Shown: in pieces, positions 28,143-46,220 of the stretch
Layout of the letters: each line of letters begins with the position of its first letter
Position numbering within the stretch: position 1 is the stretch's first letter
Assembly: GCF_009914755.1 (NCBI RefSeq)
Contig: NC_060937.1
Strand: one strand, 5' to 3'
DNA length: 64,000 nucleotides
Source of the DNA: the human T2T-CHM13v2.0 reference genome, Homo sapiens
Notes under the pieces: generated by a model
Databases searched by the model: none
What the model saw: only the letters and a program-made list of their open reading frames with translations
What the model was told of the DNA's origin: nothing
Program-made: the position numbers and the translations under genes

Positions 28143-28233
28143 CATTGCATTTGAGATGTATTTTTATTGGACGCACAAAGTATGTATAAGATGCAAATAA
28201 TGGAGAAATAGAGGTGAAAGGGAACCAAGATCC
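28143..28233 (+). repeat. Copy B of the old 91-bp direct repeat
   Basis: CATTGCATTTGAGATGTA...GGAACCAAGATCC aligns to 26140-26230. Confidence 0.8.
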
Positions 28234-29939
28234 GTGAAAGCCCTCATCTGCTAATAGGATTCCTGATCCCTGCTTTTCTCTAACCAACACTCAGTTGGAG
28301 TTTGGTTCAGTATCTGTTATATTTCCCTAAGTAATCTGCTTTTTTTTTCCTACCTATAAAATAGGAAACATAACAAAGTTTGCAATCTAAAATAAGTATA
28401 GTTACAAACTTCAAGATCTGACTTGAGACCTGAGTAATGCCACTCTGAAGGTTACCCAAGTTTTATCTTCCTATCCCTCCCCAAGGCTGGTGTGATTTAG
28501 GAAATCAGAATTTACAAGTATGTTTTATACATATTCATATTTTCATGATGCAAATGCATACGGTAGACCCCATTAATAAAACCATATATTTAGTCCTACC
28601 CATCTTTCCAAAATTATTTCATCTGTCATCTTTTGATAGAAATTGCTAAAAGCAATATTGCCACTGAAGGAAAGAATTCAAATTTATTCTCCAGAGCTAA
28701 ATAGAAATAAAATGAATTCATGTGACTTTCAACTCGATAAAGTAATAAAATGACAAAATTTTATTACTTTTTGGTCCAAAGACATATTTTAGTGTGACAT
28801 AATCATTTATATTCATGTAATAATAATGGCACCAATAATAACAATAAACATTCTGTCGTTTGCATGCGGAGATGAGTCTCCTAACTAAGCATGCTAGAAG
28901 CTCCAAGAAAACAATTATGAGGTCAAAGAAAAGTATGCTTTGGCACTATCCTAGTTCCTCTTCAGGCAATCTTTCCCAGTTCCTGGAGCACAGTCTTCTG
29001 TTTTCCATTCTCCACTCCCTCAGCTCCTTCAGTGTGTACTATTCTCATAGATACTAAGTTTCCAGAAGGCAGCAGCTCCTTGCCTCATTTCCCGTTCCCT
29101 GATTTTCCCAACATTTTCAACCCACTGATTGCAGAATGCACACCACCTCCTAGCTCCAATATACCACACCTTCAGATTTAGCAATATAGTAATCCATTCC
29201 TTGCTAGCATGAGTTTGAAAAGATACATTTAAGCTGTCCAGCTTTCCACATTCTGTGGGGCTCAGTTTTGTCACTCTCTCCATTATGCATCTCGAAGGGT
29301 TTTCTTTCTGCCAACCTGAAACTCCCCATTTGTGCTGTGAATCGTCTTTGCGACCTTAACCCAGTGTCCTTCGGTACTCACCATGGGCTTTCAGCATTGT
29401 TTCTCAAATCAATTTACACTATCACAATGGTGCCTCTTTCTGAAAATGGGGGACCTGATCCCTACCTTCCTTTAACTTCAAAACTATAACCCAGTTTGCA
29501 AAACTAGGTTTCTTTCTATCTTGGTTTATATTATGAGAGTTGTGTTCTAGTTACTTATTCAAGTATGCAGGAATTAGCAGTTATTTATGCTTAGTTTCTA
29601 TAACCAAGAAGCATTTAGTGTTTTGGCTCTTTGGTTAAGGAATATGATTAATATGGGATCATATTATTTAGTCAATTTAGCTAAAATAGAAAGGCAGTTG
29701 ATTAGCCCACCAAAAATTCATACTTTCTAAGTAAAGCCAATCATCAAACCTCAAGTTCATTTCTCTGATTTTCCAAAGCATATTAGAATGATCTATATTT
29801 TCATTAGCAATTCTGGCTGGTGGATCTGGCTTCAACCTTTGGAAATTTTATTTTCACAAACAGCATCATCCACATCACAGCTTAGACCCTATATCAGGGC
29901 AGGCTTCTTAAGAAATAGTAAAGAGTCTAAAATTTTTAA

Positions 29940-30360
29940 CCTGCTTTTAAGTTAGCAAGTTGAGCAAGCTTCTGCCAGTTCCATGGATGCTGGCAGAAGA
30001 TAAGAGACTCCTGGGTCAGAAACAAAGCACAGTTTATTACTTGCAGAAAGAGCATTGGTTAGAGTGTCAATTTTCTTGTGCTGACCCCTATGTCCCAATT
30101 CCCATAAGACAATGTAAAAAGGGTCTGGTGACACCTGCATAAGGAGTGAATGGAATTACAGCAGAGTTACCCTGAGCTTAGGAAATCCTAGTGTTTTATA
30201 ATATACAGTAACACGTCCTTGGTGAAAATAGCTCCGACTTCTGAGGCTGTTTGCCACACAAAAATCCTTTAAAAGAGATCCCTGAACAAAGGTTAGTTAG
30301 TCCCTCTGCTCGCAAGATGTGCAGAAAAGGAAGAAACCCATGGAGAACTGTCTCCCAATG
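29940..30360 (-). mobile_element. LTR40-like ERVL LTR
   Basis: - strand starts TTGGGAGACAGTTCTCCATGGGTTTC...TTCTGCACATCTTGCGAGCAGAGG, matching LTR40a as recalled. Confidence 0.75.
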
Positions 30361-30379
30361 ATATTTCCTCTTCATTTCT

Positions 30380-32520
30380 ATACTCTTGTCTTTTGGTAAA
30401 TTTTCTCTTGAGTACACCACTTCATCAGCCACAGTACTTAATCTGAACGGAGGCTGGAACCAAATTAAATGTCAGTGCCTCCTAACTGGGACCTATATCA
30501 ATTAAGGAAACAGGAGGCAGTGCTTCCAACACAATTTCTTAGATAACTGGCAGGGCTTAGATTTCCAGTTCAGTTCAAATAATTAAATCTACTCCTTGTT
30601 TCTGAAGAGACTGCCTCGGGATATCAGTCCAACCTGCCTGTTTTTCCATGTCACTACAATGGCTGCAGGAATGGGGTTAGAAACAATATTCTGAGGTACT
30701 GATGGGGTATTTTGCACTATAAGTGCAGGAGCTCGGCCCTCCCTGGTGTTTCCAACAGACTCCCAGGTAAAGTTTTAGGGAGTACAGATCGAATCGTAGT
30801 CAAAATCATGTGGCAGAAGATGACAGACCAACCGTTAGTTAACTATTTCGAGGTGTTTACAAAACTTTCAGAGAGCCTTATCAGAGTATTTTCCTTTGTG
30901 AAAAAAGTTCCAGTGTTGATTCTGAAAGTCAGTGATCACTAATGTCCCTCATTCTCTTGTACTTCTCAGGGTCTACAGTGTTTCCCTCCAGGTCATTGCT
31001 CACATTTCACCTCCCTGCAAAACCTCCCCAAAAAAGCATGTCCTAGTCCAGTAGCTATAGCTTTACATTTTTTTCTAATCTCCTCCTAGTTGCATCCAGA
31101 CATTTCATCAGGAAAAGCCAGCCACAGGAATGATAAAGGCATTTTACTAAATCTTTCAAAGACCCATTATGTTCTCTATTTTGTCTTATGTTGTCCATTT
31201 TGTGGGAATTCATGACTAATGTACTAAGCCAAGTGGTCATTAGCCATATGATCTTGGATCATGTCAATTCAAGAATAGAATCCAGGTGGCTGAATCAAAT
31301 AAAGTTTGAATCTCCTAGACCAGGCTGCCATCCAATGGAGGCATAAACCACACTAAAACGGTGATGTCATTAAGGAAAAAGAAAGAAGAATCATGCCCAG
31401 GCATGGTTGGAACAGAATCCCAAATTTTTCAAAGTAGGTCTGTATAACTTCCCAATCCAATGCTTTTTGCCTCGATCATAACCCAGGAAGTGGCCTAAAG
31501 GCGATAATCCCTTTCTGAGAACAGTGCATTCAATGAGCAAACTGCTTCATGAAGGTGTATGGATCAGAAGAAGGTGAGAGAGGTAGAGTCAAAATGTTTT
31601 TGAGTCAACTTTTGAGGGGGCCATTCCAGTGCACCAAATACCAGATGCCTGTGGAAAGCACAGAGCATGAAAAGCTATTGAATATTTTGACTATCAGTCC
31701 ACGGCCATGTGGCTTTTGTGTTAGAAGGCTCACAATTGTCGGACTAAAAATGGCCTGAAAAGCCAAAAACATGACACATTCGATTAGTTCAAGGGCCACA
31801 ATGTTGTGACCAGAGTCAGCTGATCAGACTGCAACAACTCCATACCCTGACAAGTATCAACAGCAATCAGGCCACCTTTATGGCCCCAAAAGGAGCCATA
31901 TGCCTGATAGACTCCCAGGAGTAAGCAGAGGTCATAGCCCATGCAAAGTGGCCTCCCCATCAACTTTTGGGGAAAGTCACAAATCTTTCATGCAGTGGTA
32001 GCTCTGCATTCAAAGTATAAAGTCTTTTAATTTGTGCCCAGTCTATGATGGTCAATGTGTTATGAGTTCTGATACACTGAAAGATCCAGCTATTAGTGTT
32101 GTCACCCAGGGCAGTGCAGGCTTGATCAGCAGCTTCACAGCAGTCAATTTCATCATAAAACAGACACTTACCATAAGCATCTGCATAAGTGATTCAGATG
32201 GCCTCCCTTTCCCAGAGACTATAACAGGCAAAATTGCCACTCATGTGGATTGTCATCAGTCAAAGCGTTTTGGACAACTTTCAGAGATGCCCATTGATTC
32301 AAGCACTATTCAAAGGATATGGATTTGCAGAATAGCTGATATAAAGGATCAAGTAGAATTGCCAACTGAGACATACTGTCTCTAATATCCCATAGTTCAA
32401 TAAGATGCTGGGCCTCCTTTGGTGGTGAGGCCTGAGAGATTGTCCTTTTTTTCTTTTCTATCATTGGAGGGATTGAGTGTTGTGCATCCATCCATAGTCC
32501 CCTGAAATTTTTACCTTCAC
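30380..32520 (-). mobile_element. ERVL-class internal pol relic (RT connection/RNase H/integrase), disrupted
   Basis: Translated fragments such as PPKEAQHLIELW...LAILLDPLY resemble the ERVL pol motif KKEAQRLVGLFGFWR..HLGILLRPIY; a degenerate DYIGP-like integrase motif lies near 30490; many stops and frameshifts. Confidence 0.65.
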
Positions 32521-32939
32521 ACACTCACAGCACTTTGCACTTAGGAAGGACTCAATAAACATGTGTTGAATTTTTAGATCATTCTGGAGAGTAAACCCCA
32601 AGTAGTAGCTCTGAATTAATTACTCATTCTACTACCCTATTGCCATTTACATTCATTCACCTATGTCATTTACACTCATGCCATTTACATTTACATGCCA
32701 TTCACAGATGGCATTCTTAAAAACTTGGGTGTCTAATATAAACAGAATGTGAGCCCAAAGGCAAAACAGAGTTAAAAGTCAGTATCCTACAGCGGGGCAA
32801 GTAATGGTAAGTGTTGGAACATGCATTCCAAAGTTGAAAAGAAGTAAAATTTTGAAAGCATTTCCCAGAATAAGAATGAGGTCAGCATCCCAGGCACTAA
32901 AATGTTTGTTCCCAGGTCAGCACCAGTCATCTCAATTAG

Positions 32940-33175
32940 CCACACAATCCAGAATAGACAAATACAAAGATACAGAAAGCATATTAGTGGTTTCCATGAT
33001 CTAGGGGAAGGAGGGAGGGAAGGAGTGACTGCTGAATGGGCATGGAGTTTCCTGGAACTAGATAGTGATGATGTTTGCACAACATTGTAAATATACTTAA
33101 TGCCACCGAATTGTATACTTAAAAGTGGTTAAAATAGTAATTTTTATGTTATATATATATTTTACCAAAATAATA
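32940..33175 (+). mobile_element. L1MB-type 3' end
   Basis: GATAGTGATGATGTTTGCACAACATTGTAAATATACTTAATGCCACCGAATTGTATACTTAAAAGTGG. Confidence 0.85.
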
Positions 33176-34865
33176 AGAATTGTTAAAAAGATGATTCATA
33201 CAATTGAGAATGAATTTTTAAGTTGGGAACTCTGAACCCATCCAAGGAATGGTGCTGGCGGAAAGAGTGATAAATGGTAAAGTAAGGAGGTATAAATCTA
33301 AAAATATCTACAAGAAAAGATGAATAGATACATATATTAAATATAATCTAATTTCTGTTTGACCTTTATGTATTAGCTTGCAACCAAAATTTTACTATAT
33401 TTAAAAATATTCCAATGTATGTAGTTTAGTAGAAGTGGCCCACGAAACTTGAAGCTTATAAATCAATTAACCGTCAGGTTAAGACATTTAATCTCACTCT
33501 TCCCTTATCTTTTACATTTCAGTTTACTATGGTAAGGAATAATAATCTTATTTGTGAAATATAGAATTTACATAGCTACATTCATTGTCTTGAATTCTAA
33601 ACCCAAGTTATGGCATTTGGGGTTTTATTCTTAGTTTTGCCTCCAATACTATAGAATTATAGCTCAGGGGCATGGTGAGTAATGAATTTAAATGATTTCT
33701 TCTGATACATAGTTTCACCACTAAATATTTATCCCTGTTGGATGCTCCAACATTGCTTTTTAAGAGTGAAACTCAATGAAATTATATAACTGGTGACTGC
33801 GCTGAGCACCCTGTGGCTGTTCTATAAATATTAATAGAATCAAATTGCAAACATAGAGACCAAGAATGCCTAGAAGAAGTCCTTGCTGAATAAGAATCAC
33901 CTCTTTCAGTGCTATAACATAGAAAACATTAAAGCCTAAAGAAGTCTTCTTTTTATTCAGTTCTATCAAAATATGTTAACTCAGGAAAGCATCTAGGGAT
34001 ATTTTAATTTCTGAGACCATCTGTCTCTTTGAATGAGCTTCATTTAAATGAATGAATTTTCACTGATGCTATAAAAATTGGTCAGCAGCAACTGATTACT
34101 TGGTCAACCAGCTTCTTCCTCCTCTCAGTTTCTAGAACAATTTTTATGCTTAAATGATTTGTTACTTGTTAGAGCCACTCTATCATAGGGTTTTCCTCTG
34201 TTGGACTATGAGATCCCTGAAGGCGAGGATTATATCTTACTTATATTTGTAGTCCTAGGATCTAAACAAAGAGTTAATTAGCTAAGTAGATATTTCTTAA
34301 TAAAGATGGGCCACAAATAAGTGAAACTTTTCATCAGCAAGTTTGCCCTGTACACAGTAGTTGGTTATAGTCTCTTAATCTGATAAAAAGAAAACAAATG
34401 AGAATGTTCCCTACAGGTTTAGTGGGAAGGAGGATCCTACTTTAGCTCCTATAGGGTCCCAGGGTAATAGGGAGAAAGTAGATTAGGGGAATTTGGCATA
34501 TTTTGCTTTATAGGTAAACTGGTTGTAATATCTTCTCCAACATCCATTCTGCTCCACTATGTTCCTTTACCATAACAACAGTCACCCATAATGAATGATA
34601 GAAGGTTTTGGTTGAGATAGATTGACACTCCTATCCTGTCTTTTTATCACCTTCCACAATGAAAGAACATCAGACCATTCATGTTCCAGAGGGTTCTTAT
34701 CATTCCAGACTCCTTGCTCTACCACCCCCCACCAACAAACTAAGTCCAATATTATGCTTTCAGTATCCCACGTTTCCCAAAGTAATAGGTAAGTTGGATT
34801 AAACAAGATTAGTTTCTGATCATGAGTGTTATGAAATCCAGTTAATAAAAGAAAATGCAAGATGG

Positions 34866-35217
34866 CTTGGAAGATATCCTAAGGAATTTAGTTGAAACAC
34901 AAATCCAAGAAAGTAACCACAAAAACCACATTTACTCAGTACTTTTTTTTTCAGATACCTAGTCAGAACAGAAAGAAATAAAACAATGATAAGAAAAATA
35001 TCATGAATAACCTTTGTGGAGGGCTTACTAGGTCCCAGTTACTATGATAAATATCTTACATATATTAATACATGTGATTTTCACCTCATCCTCATTAGGT
35101 GGCTAATATTATTATTATCCCCATTTATGTTTGAGGAAACTGAGGCAGAAAGTAATTAAATGCCTTGTTCAAAGTTTATCCAGGCAGCAAGTGGTAGAGT
35201 CCAGAATGAAGCTGAGT
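34866..35217 (+). repeat. Left arm of ~350-bp inverted repeat (apparently unique DNA plus MIR fragment)
   Basis: Reverse complement of 38481-38841; about 29 substitutions and 2 indels by hand count. Confidence 0.95.
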
Positions 35218-36868
35218 TAGCCCTCACTCTTATGCTAGAGACAGCTTCTCCTGGAGCTGTGTCAAAGCTGCGTGTCTTTCATCACATTTTCATCCTATTC
35301 TCTGGAAATATTATGACTTCATATGGCTTCATATTAATAAAATAAATAAAGGTTCAGTTTTGTAAAATGCAGAAAAATTTCCTACAAACCTGGAACTGCA
35401 AAACATTCTTATCTCTCTATGTCTCAGTCTCTTTCTTCCTGAAAAAGGCTGAGAAACCTAGTAGCTAAAAAATAGTGATGTCACTCACAAGAAACTGCTC
35501 CTTGCCCTGTTCCCTTCTCCAATTTTGGGCCTCAACCAGTTGGAAACTGGCATCAGTGTGCATAATGATGACCTCCGGGTGATCATTTTGAAATGACTTT
35601 CCTCAGTGATGTTAGATTTATCTGATGATTTTAATACCCTTCATTTTGAAATGCTATTATCCTGAGTGCATGCAGGGGACAGTACACTTAGTCATAAGTG
35701 ATGGATGAATTCATTATCTTCAGCCAATTTTAATGGGTCATCTAGAAAGGAAATCACCAGTCAGTTTTGGCTACTGAGCATACTACCTCAAGCACCTTAT
35801 TAAGCCAAATATAACAATAGGGGGCTTTTCATTTTCCTGTCAGACAACAAAGGTCACCTATCACAAGCTTGAGAGGCATTAAGGTTTATTTCTCTTTAGC
35901 CTGAAAAAAAACGGATAGAGTTGAAGTTTTTATCTTTTTCCATTGTGAACTAAATATTTCAGACTGTGTGGCCAACGAAGAAGGAAAGTGCTTCACAGGA
36001 ATTCAGAATGAGAAGCTTTCTCTGCTGAGAAATAGTGGTTGGCATTAATGTATTCCCTGGGTGACATTATGAATTGAATGGCCCTGTTGAATTGTAGGCC
36101 TTCAGCCCCATCATTAAGAGCTAGAAGTAAACACATTGGTGTGGAATATAAGTAGGTATGTCTGTGGGTATCACTGACTCTTCTATCCTCAGGTACTAGA
36201 AACCAAAAATATCTGATACACACAAAATAACTGCTATTCATATCTCAACAAATCTTTTCTGTTCTTGGTTGGGAATTCTTGACTTTTAATCTTTTAAAGT
36301 ATCATTTTTCATTTGACCTATCAACTTGGACTTTTCTCTATGACCTGATTCTAAGCATCTGTAGCTGTTGAGTACAGTAATGGCAAAACAGGTATAAACT
36401 TCAGGATCTATGTTTGCTTCTAGCTAAGACTCCCCTGCTGTTAGTTCCTAGTCATATAAAAGTGACTTGACATCATTTTAATGCATTTACATATTGAATA
36501 ATCATTTTGCATTATCTTGAAAATGAACAGATTAGCAAATTTTGTTAGCAAATTTTTGAATTGTACAAGGAAGATTTTTAGGACGATTAAGAATCAAGGA
36601 GAAAAGCATGTTATAAATATTCTAATGCCAATATGTTACACCAGAATAACCTCAAAAACACATTGAGACTATACTGGGATTATTGGGTGGAATTCAAATA
36701 GAAATAACTGCCCAAATGCTCAGAAAATAGTAGCTGATCTATCTGATTGCTATTTGATGTAGCTCATCATTTTAACATCCTTAATTAGAAATAATTATTT
36801 TGTTTATCTTGTATGGTGGTTATTAGTTGTGTTTAGTAGTAAAACATTATTTAACAAATAAAACATCT

Positions 36869-38394
<1,526 letters not shown>

Positions 38395-38480
38395 AAATAA
38401 AACATCTTAGGTGAAACCTCAATAAATCAAATATAAAGGCAGAGCTGCTCTTTAGAAGGGGGAAGTTCAGGGAAGCTTAG

Positions 38481-38841
38481 AGTCAGCCTCAATCTGGACT
38501 CTACCACTTGCTGCCTGGATAAATTTTGAACAAGGTATTTCATTACTTTCTGCCTCAGTTTCCTCAAACACAAATGCGGATAATAATAATATTAGCCACC
38601 TAGTGAGGATGAGGTGAAAATTACATGTATTAATATACGTAAGATATTTATTCTAGTACCTAAGACCTAGTAAGCTCTCCACAAAAATTATTCATGATAT
38701 TATTCTTATTATCATTATTTTATTTCTTTCTGTTCTGACTAGGTATCTGCCAGAACAAAAAAAAGTACCGAGTCAATGTGGGTTATGTGGTTACTTTCTT
38801 GGATTTGTGTTTCGACTACATGCTTTAGGATATCTTCCAAG
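38481..38841 (-). repeat. Right arm of ~350-bp inverted repeat
   Basis: Reverse complement of 34866-35217. Confidence 0.95.
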
Positions 38842-40959
38842 TAGCCCACCCCCTCTCATCTCCTTGCTACCCACTGACAGTCTCTCAGGGAATTCTATGG
38901 GACTCTAGGACTCCATAAAGTCCGTCTGAAATCAGTGACCTGCTGCAACAATCCAGACACAACTGAAGGAATTGTCCTTCCTCAATGATTCCTGCTAAGG
39001 AAACTCTTTTAAGAGTATTTGCCTGAAAGTGAATGTATACTTCACTAACACATTTTCTGTGTTTAACTACATCTGACCTGGAGCTTCTTTGAGGCTTTCA
39101 GCTTCTAGTTTTTAAATCTTGCTTTTTAAGACAATTTTAGAAAGTCATCAGATTCGTTCTAAAATAAAGAAAACTAGTCATATAATCAGAACTTGAAAGT
39201 TATGACTATTATTTCAGAAAGTATATTTCTTACTGCTGTTTAGTTCTACAACTAACTACATTTATTACAGGTCCTGTTTTAAGAAATAATTTTCTTTAAA
39301 AATTAACTGGAGTAAACATAAATTTCATTAGATTTGAATTTGGTCATAACCTGAACAATAACTACAAAAGCATTAACCTATCCCTTTCATTAAGGTTAAT
39401 TATTTAAGATTTCTTAAGACTCTGTGTGACATTTCCTGGGTACAATGCTCAAGAAATTCCCTGTGGTTGCTTTAACTATGATCAGGCAAATTCTTACCAA
39501 GTAAGGAGTGGTGATTGTTGCATTCTTTTCTCAGATAAAGTTAATGAAGGTAATGTAAACAGAGAGTGGTTTGTTTTCTGCTCATTTGAAAAACATATTA
39601 CTTATCAAAATGCCACACCTAGGTAAAGAATGAAATTGATGGTACTAAAATGCTTTGAAAATTGTGAAAAGCTGTAGAAATTATGAATTAAAACAAGAAT
39701 CTCCATCTCTTTCTCCCTTTTCCTCCATGAATTGAAACTGCCATCCAAAATCAATGATTTCCTTAGGAATGCTCACCCATATGAAAGCTCAAGCAAAGGC
39801 ACATTTCCTTTTTCAAACTTATAGTTATCTAGAAGTATTGAAATATACCTCAGACTTTATTTCTAAAATGGATAGAATATTGTCCATAATAAAAAAAGAA
39901 AAGCCTTGCCATGTTATAACTTACTAAAATAAATTTTAACAGAAGTTACTAAGGATTTTAAACAGATGTAAGTTAGTTCTACCATACCCTATGTTTACGA
40001 ATATGGCCAAAAAAATGTTAGAGAAGGTTTTAAGCAGTAGCAGATAACACAAGTCCATCTGCTTATGTCATCTGCTACTCTTTATGTGACACGGTAAAGA
40101 TTATAAAAGGAAAATCAAATTCACATAGCATTTATCTAAGAAGATTCTATAATTGAATTCTAAAGGGATTTTTTTGTTTCTTTTCTCTCTTTTTTTCTTT
40201 TAACCCTACTTACTAATTAAAACAGTAATCTGATATTTTGAATACGTCCTCCTTTGTTTAAAACAAGGTACTTGTTATTCACTAACCCAATTTGACATGT
40301 TCAAATTAGCTTTTTATTTTTATTTTATTAATTTCTTAGCCTAATCTCCCTAGGCGGAAACACACAAGAACACAACTGTTTGAATTAGTCTTCTGTTTTT
40401 AGTGATTTTTAAGCTGTGTGTTAATATTCAGTAGTATACACATGATTAGCAGTATAAAGCCAGAGTTCTCACTGCTCTAACATAGATCCTTATCACCTCG
40501 TTTTTCATCATTGCAATATCCTCCTATTAGCCTAGTCTACCCCTACAAACTTTTATCTCTCCCCTCCACCCAAAACTTCCTTGTTAGGGGTCATGACCAC
40601 TAAGAGGAGCACAACATACTTCTCCCTATCCCCACACCAAATCCACCCTCATGGAGGTCTGAGTACACATCAGACTCATTGGGCAACAATACTAGGAGAT
40701 GCAGTATTAAGCACATCAGGCTGGAGGAGCTTGGAGCTACCTTAGAATGCTTATCACCCATATGGGTAATGAAGTGAGACTGGACCACCTACCTGATAGG
40801 AAGGCCAGGGCCTCCCATCTATTGGGAGCCATAGGGTGACTCTAGTGAAAGGAAGTATGAAATAGATACAGTCTTATCAACTTCAGGCTTTTGGGTGTGC
40901 TTTTCTTTTGGTTGTTCTTCCTTTTCCTTTGTCATTCTTTCTCCTCCCTTTCCTTTTTC

Positions 40960-43550
<2,591 letters not shown>

Positions 43551-43599
43551 TGGAATACATGGAGTGGTGGCTGGAGTTTTAACACTTCCTAAATTCTTG

Positions 43600-43653
43600 G
43601 AGAATTTAACTGTAGCTTGGAAGGCTGTGATAAGTGTATCCTTTTCCTTATGC
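43600..43653 (+). repeat. Putative donor copy of 54-bp duplicated segment (partner 45734-45787)
   Basis: GAGAATTTAACTGTAGCTTGGAAGGCTGTGATAAGTGTATCCTTTTCCTTATGC; 52/54 identical to partner. Confidence 0.93.
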
Positions 43654-43660
43654 TCCGTGG

Positions 43661-43883
43661 CAGTGTTGGCAAACTATATTTGCAGGCCAAATCCTATCCA
43701 CGGCCTGTTTTTGTAAATAAAGTTTTATTGGAACACAACCACGCTCCTTCATTTACATAATGTCTATGAATGCTTTCACACTATAAGGGCCAAGTTGAAT
43801 AGTTGTGACAAAGATTGTATGGCCCACAAAACTGGAAATGTTTATTATCTGCTACTTCATAGAAAAAGTTTGCTGATTTCCAA
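43661..43883. mobile_element. MER58A hAT MITE
   Basis: CAGTGTTGGCAAACTA...TTTTTGTAAATAAAGTTTTATTGGAACACA...AGAAAAAGTTTGCTGA. Confidence 0.88.
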
Positions 43884-45733
43884 TCTATGGATCTGTAAGG
43901 TAGGTGCCATGACTACAGAAATCAAGTATGAGCCTCGTGGTTTGAGACACAGAGTGGGTGGCTCCTGTGGTCTTTAAATAAAAGTTTTTGAACCTTTAGA
44001 GGAAGATTATGCAAGCTCTCACATAACATAGACATATAACGTGATAACATTGAATAGTTTGAGAGCACTTGTTTTCAGGTAATGCTTGATGTTCCTCAGC
44101 ACCTGTAGAGGAAGAAAGTATTCAGGTTATTCCTTGGAGCGAGACTCCCCAGCCATTGTTCTCAACAATCATTGCATGGAAGCTCAGTTGCCATGATCGT
44201 CAATTCATTCCTCTTGGAGCTTAGTAGAAAATGTTAGCCTTCTATGTCTTGATCAACAAGAAAATCTCACAGCAAATTTCCCTGGCATCCAATGCATTTC
44301 AGCTGTTTTAACTCATATACACAAAGTAATTGCCCAAAATCAAAACACCCTGCCCATGTGACTGAGCTGGTATGAGGCTTCCACTCTAATGTGGGAGGAT
44401 CTAAAAAGCGGAAGTTTAAGTGTAGGTTTAGATTGGGGTCATACACTCAAAAATTACAAACACTGGACAGGACTATAGATTTACAACATGAAACAGATGT
44501 TAGACGATAGGGTTGAGCGGGGATTGTGGTGCACCAAAGAATGCTTACCCTATCTAAACAGAGGGATTGCTACTCAAATCTAGTTTTGTGACCATGCAAG
44601 AATAAAAATTTGTTCACATAAACTCATTATTCAAGGACGGTCATAAAATTATATTTTAATGTTAAATTTCTGCATTTTTTAAGCACATTCATTGCCAAAC
44701 AAACCCTATTTTGGATTGCCAATCAAAACCTTTCAACTCTAGCCCCATAACTGCTCATTGTTACCACATTTCTAGAAGAAAGAAGTGAAAGAAGCTCCTT
44801 TGCTTGTTCTTGTGCAGAACTGAAATCTGATTCTCAAAAGCAATCTGTTGCACGCATGTGTAGTTATGTTTTTAGCTCACTGGGAAACTACAAAGGGGTT
44901 AGGATTGCAAATCCCAGTCCAGAGTTAAAATTCCTTTTCACAGCTTTCTTCCTGGGCTGCTGAACTCCACTAGACATTAGTCCTGCCTCTATACTGATAG
45001 TCTGAGAAAGAAAATGCCAGCTGGTGTCCAGCATTCTCAAATCCTTGGAGCTCCACTGCTGCCACATTTTCAAAAGAAATGTAGAGAAAAAAGACCAGCC
45101 AAATTCTTCAGCATGGTATTCAAGTTCCTCCATAATCTGACTTCAATAAACCTTTCCAACATATCCTCAGTTCTTCCGTATTCCATTCAATTAGGATGCC
45201 TACCATTCCCAAAATATGTTATGCATTATAATTTCTATATCAGCCCCTTTTTACCTATCTGAATCAAGTACTTTATGTCATTTTGTGACCTCTTCCACTG
45301 TGTTGTCCATTTCCTCTTCTTTTGTACTTACTGATAATGTTGTTTTTAATTTTTTCCTGAGTAATATTTGATTTCTTCATCTAGCATGTTAGTCTGTGTC
45401 CTCCAAGATAATATGTCAAGACAAGATTAAGCAAGTGAGGATTTTTACTGGGGAAAATGTGCCTGCACAGGAAAATAAGGGGCAAGCCAGGGGAGGCTGG
45501 AAGAACTATTCACATACAATGCAAGTCTGATCCCGAAGGAAGAAGAGTGGGAAGGAAGCTTGGGTGGAATCATCTTAGACTGTGATGCAGTCAGAGGAAG
45601 GTCCAGTAATATTCATGGAGAGTCCGTAATCCAAATTGGGCTATCTTAGGAGTCTCATGTTTTCTGGGAATAAGCTGTTTTAGTATCTCAACTGTACTCA
45701 GTTATCGGCTGAGAACAGTCACTAGGAAGTGTA

Positions 45734-45787
45734 GAGAATTTAAGTGTAGCTTGGAAGGCTGTGATAAGTGTATCATTTTCCTTATGC
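45734..45787 (+). repeat. Second copy of the 54-bp segment, inside MLT1
   Basis: 52/54 identical to 43600-43653. Confidence 0.93.
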
Positions 45788-45845
45788 ACAGTGCAAATGT
45801 GGCAATGATGGCCTTCAAAGCACAACAGCAGAGGTCCTTGGTCAG

Positions 45846-46220
45846 TAATATGGTTTGGCTTTGTGTCCCCACCCAAATCTTACCTCAAGTTGTAATCCCC
45901 ATAATCCCCATGTGTCAAGGGTGGGACTAGATGGAGATAATAGGATCATGGAGGCAGTTTCCTCCATGCTGTTCTCGTGATAGTGAGTTCTCATGAGACC
46001 TAATGGTTTTATAAGCGTCTGGCATTTCCCCTGTTTGCATTCACTCCTTCCTGCCGCCCTGCGAAGAAGAAGCCTGCTTTTCCTTTGCTTTCCACCATGA
46101 TTGTAAGTTTCCTGAGGCCTCCCCTGGAATGTGGAACTGTGAGTCAATTAAACATCTTTCCTTTATATATTACCTAGTCTCGGGTATTTCTTCGTAGCAG
46201 TGAGAGAATGGACTAACACA
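45846..46220 (+). mobile_element. THE1 (C/D-like) MaLR solo LTR
   Basis: TAATATGGTTTGGCTTTGTGTCCCCACCCAAATCT...GGACTAACACA; perfect 5-bp TSD GTCAG. Confidence 0.93.

Noticed and set aside
32638-32706. Degenerate ATGCCATTTAC repeats (similar 11-19 bp doublets at ~1528, ~3874, ~7721 and ~36532)
   Set aside because: Ordinary slippage duplications with no spacer structure; not CRISPR-like.
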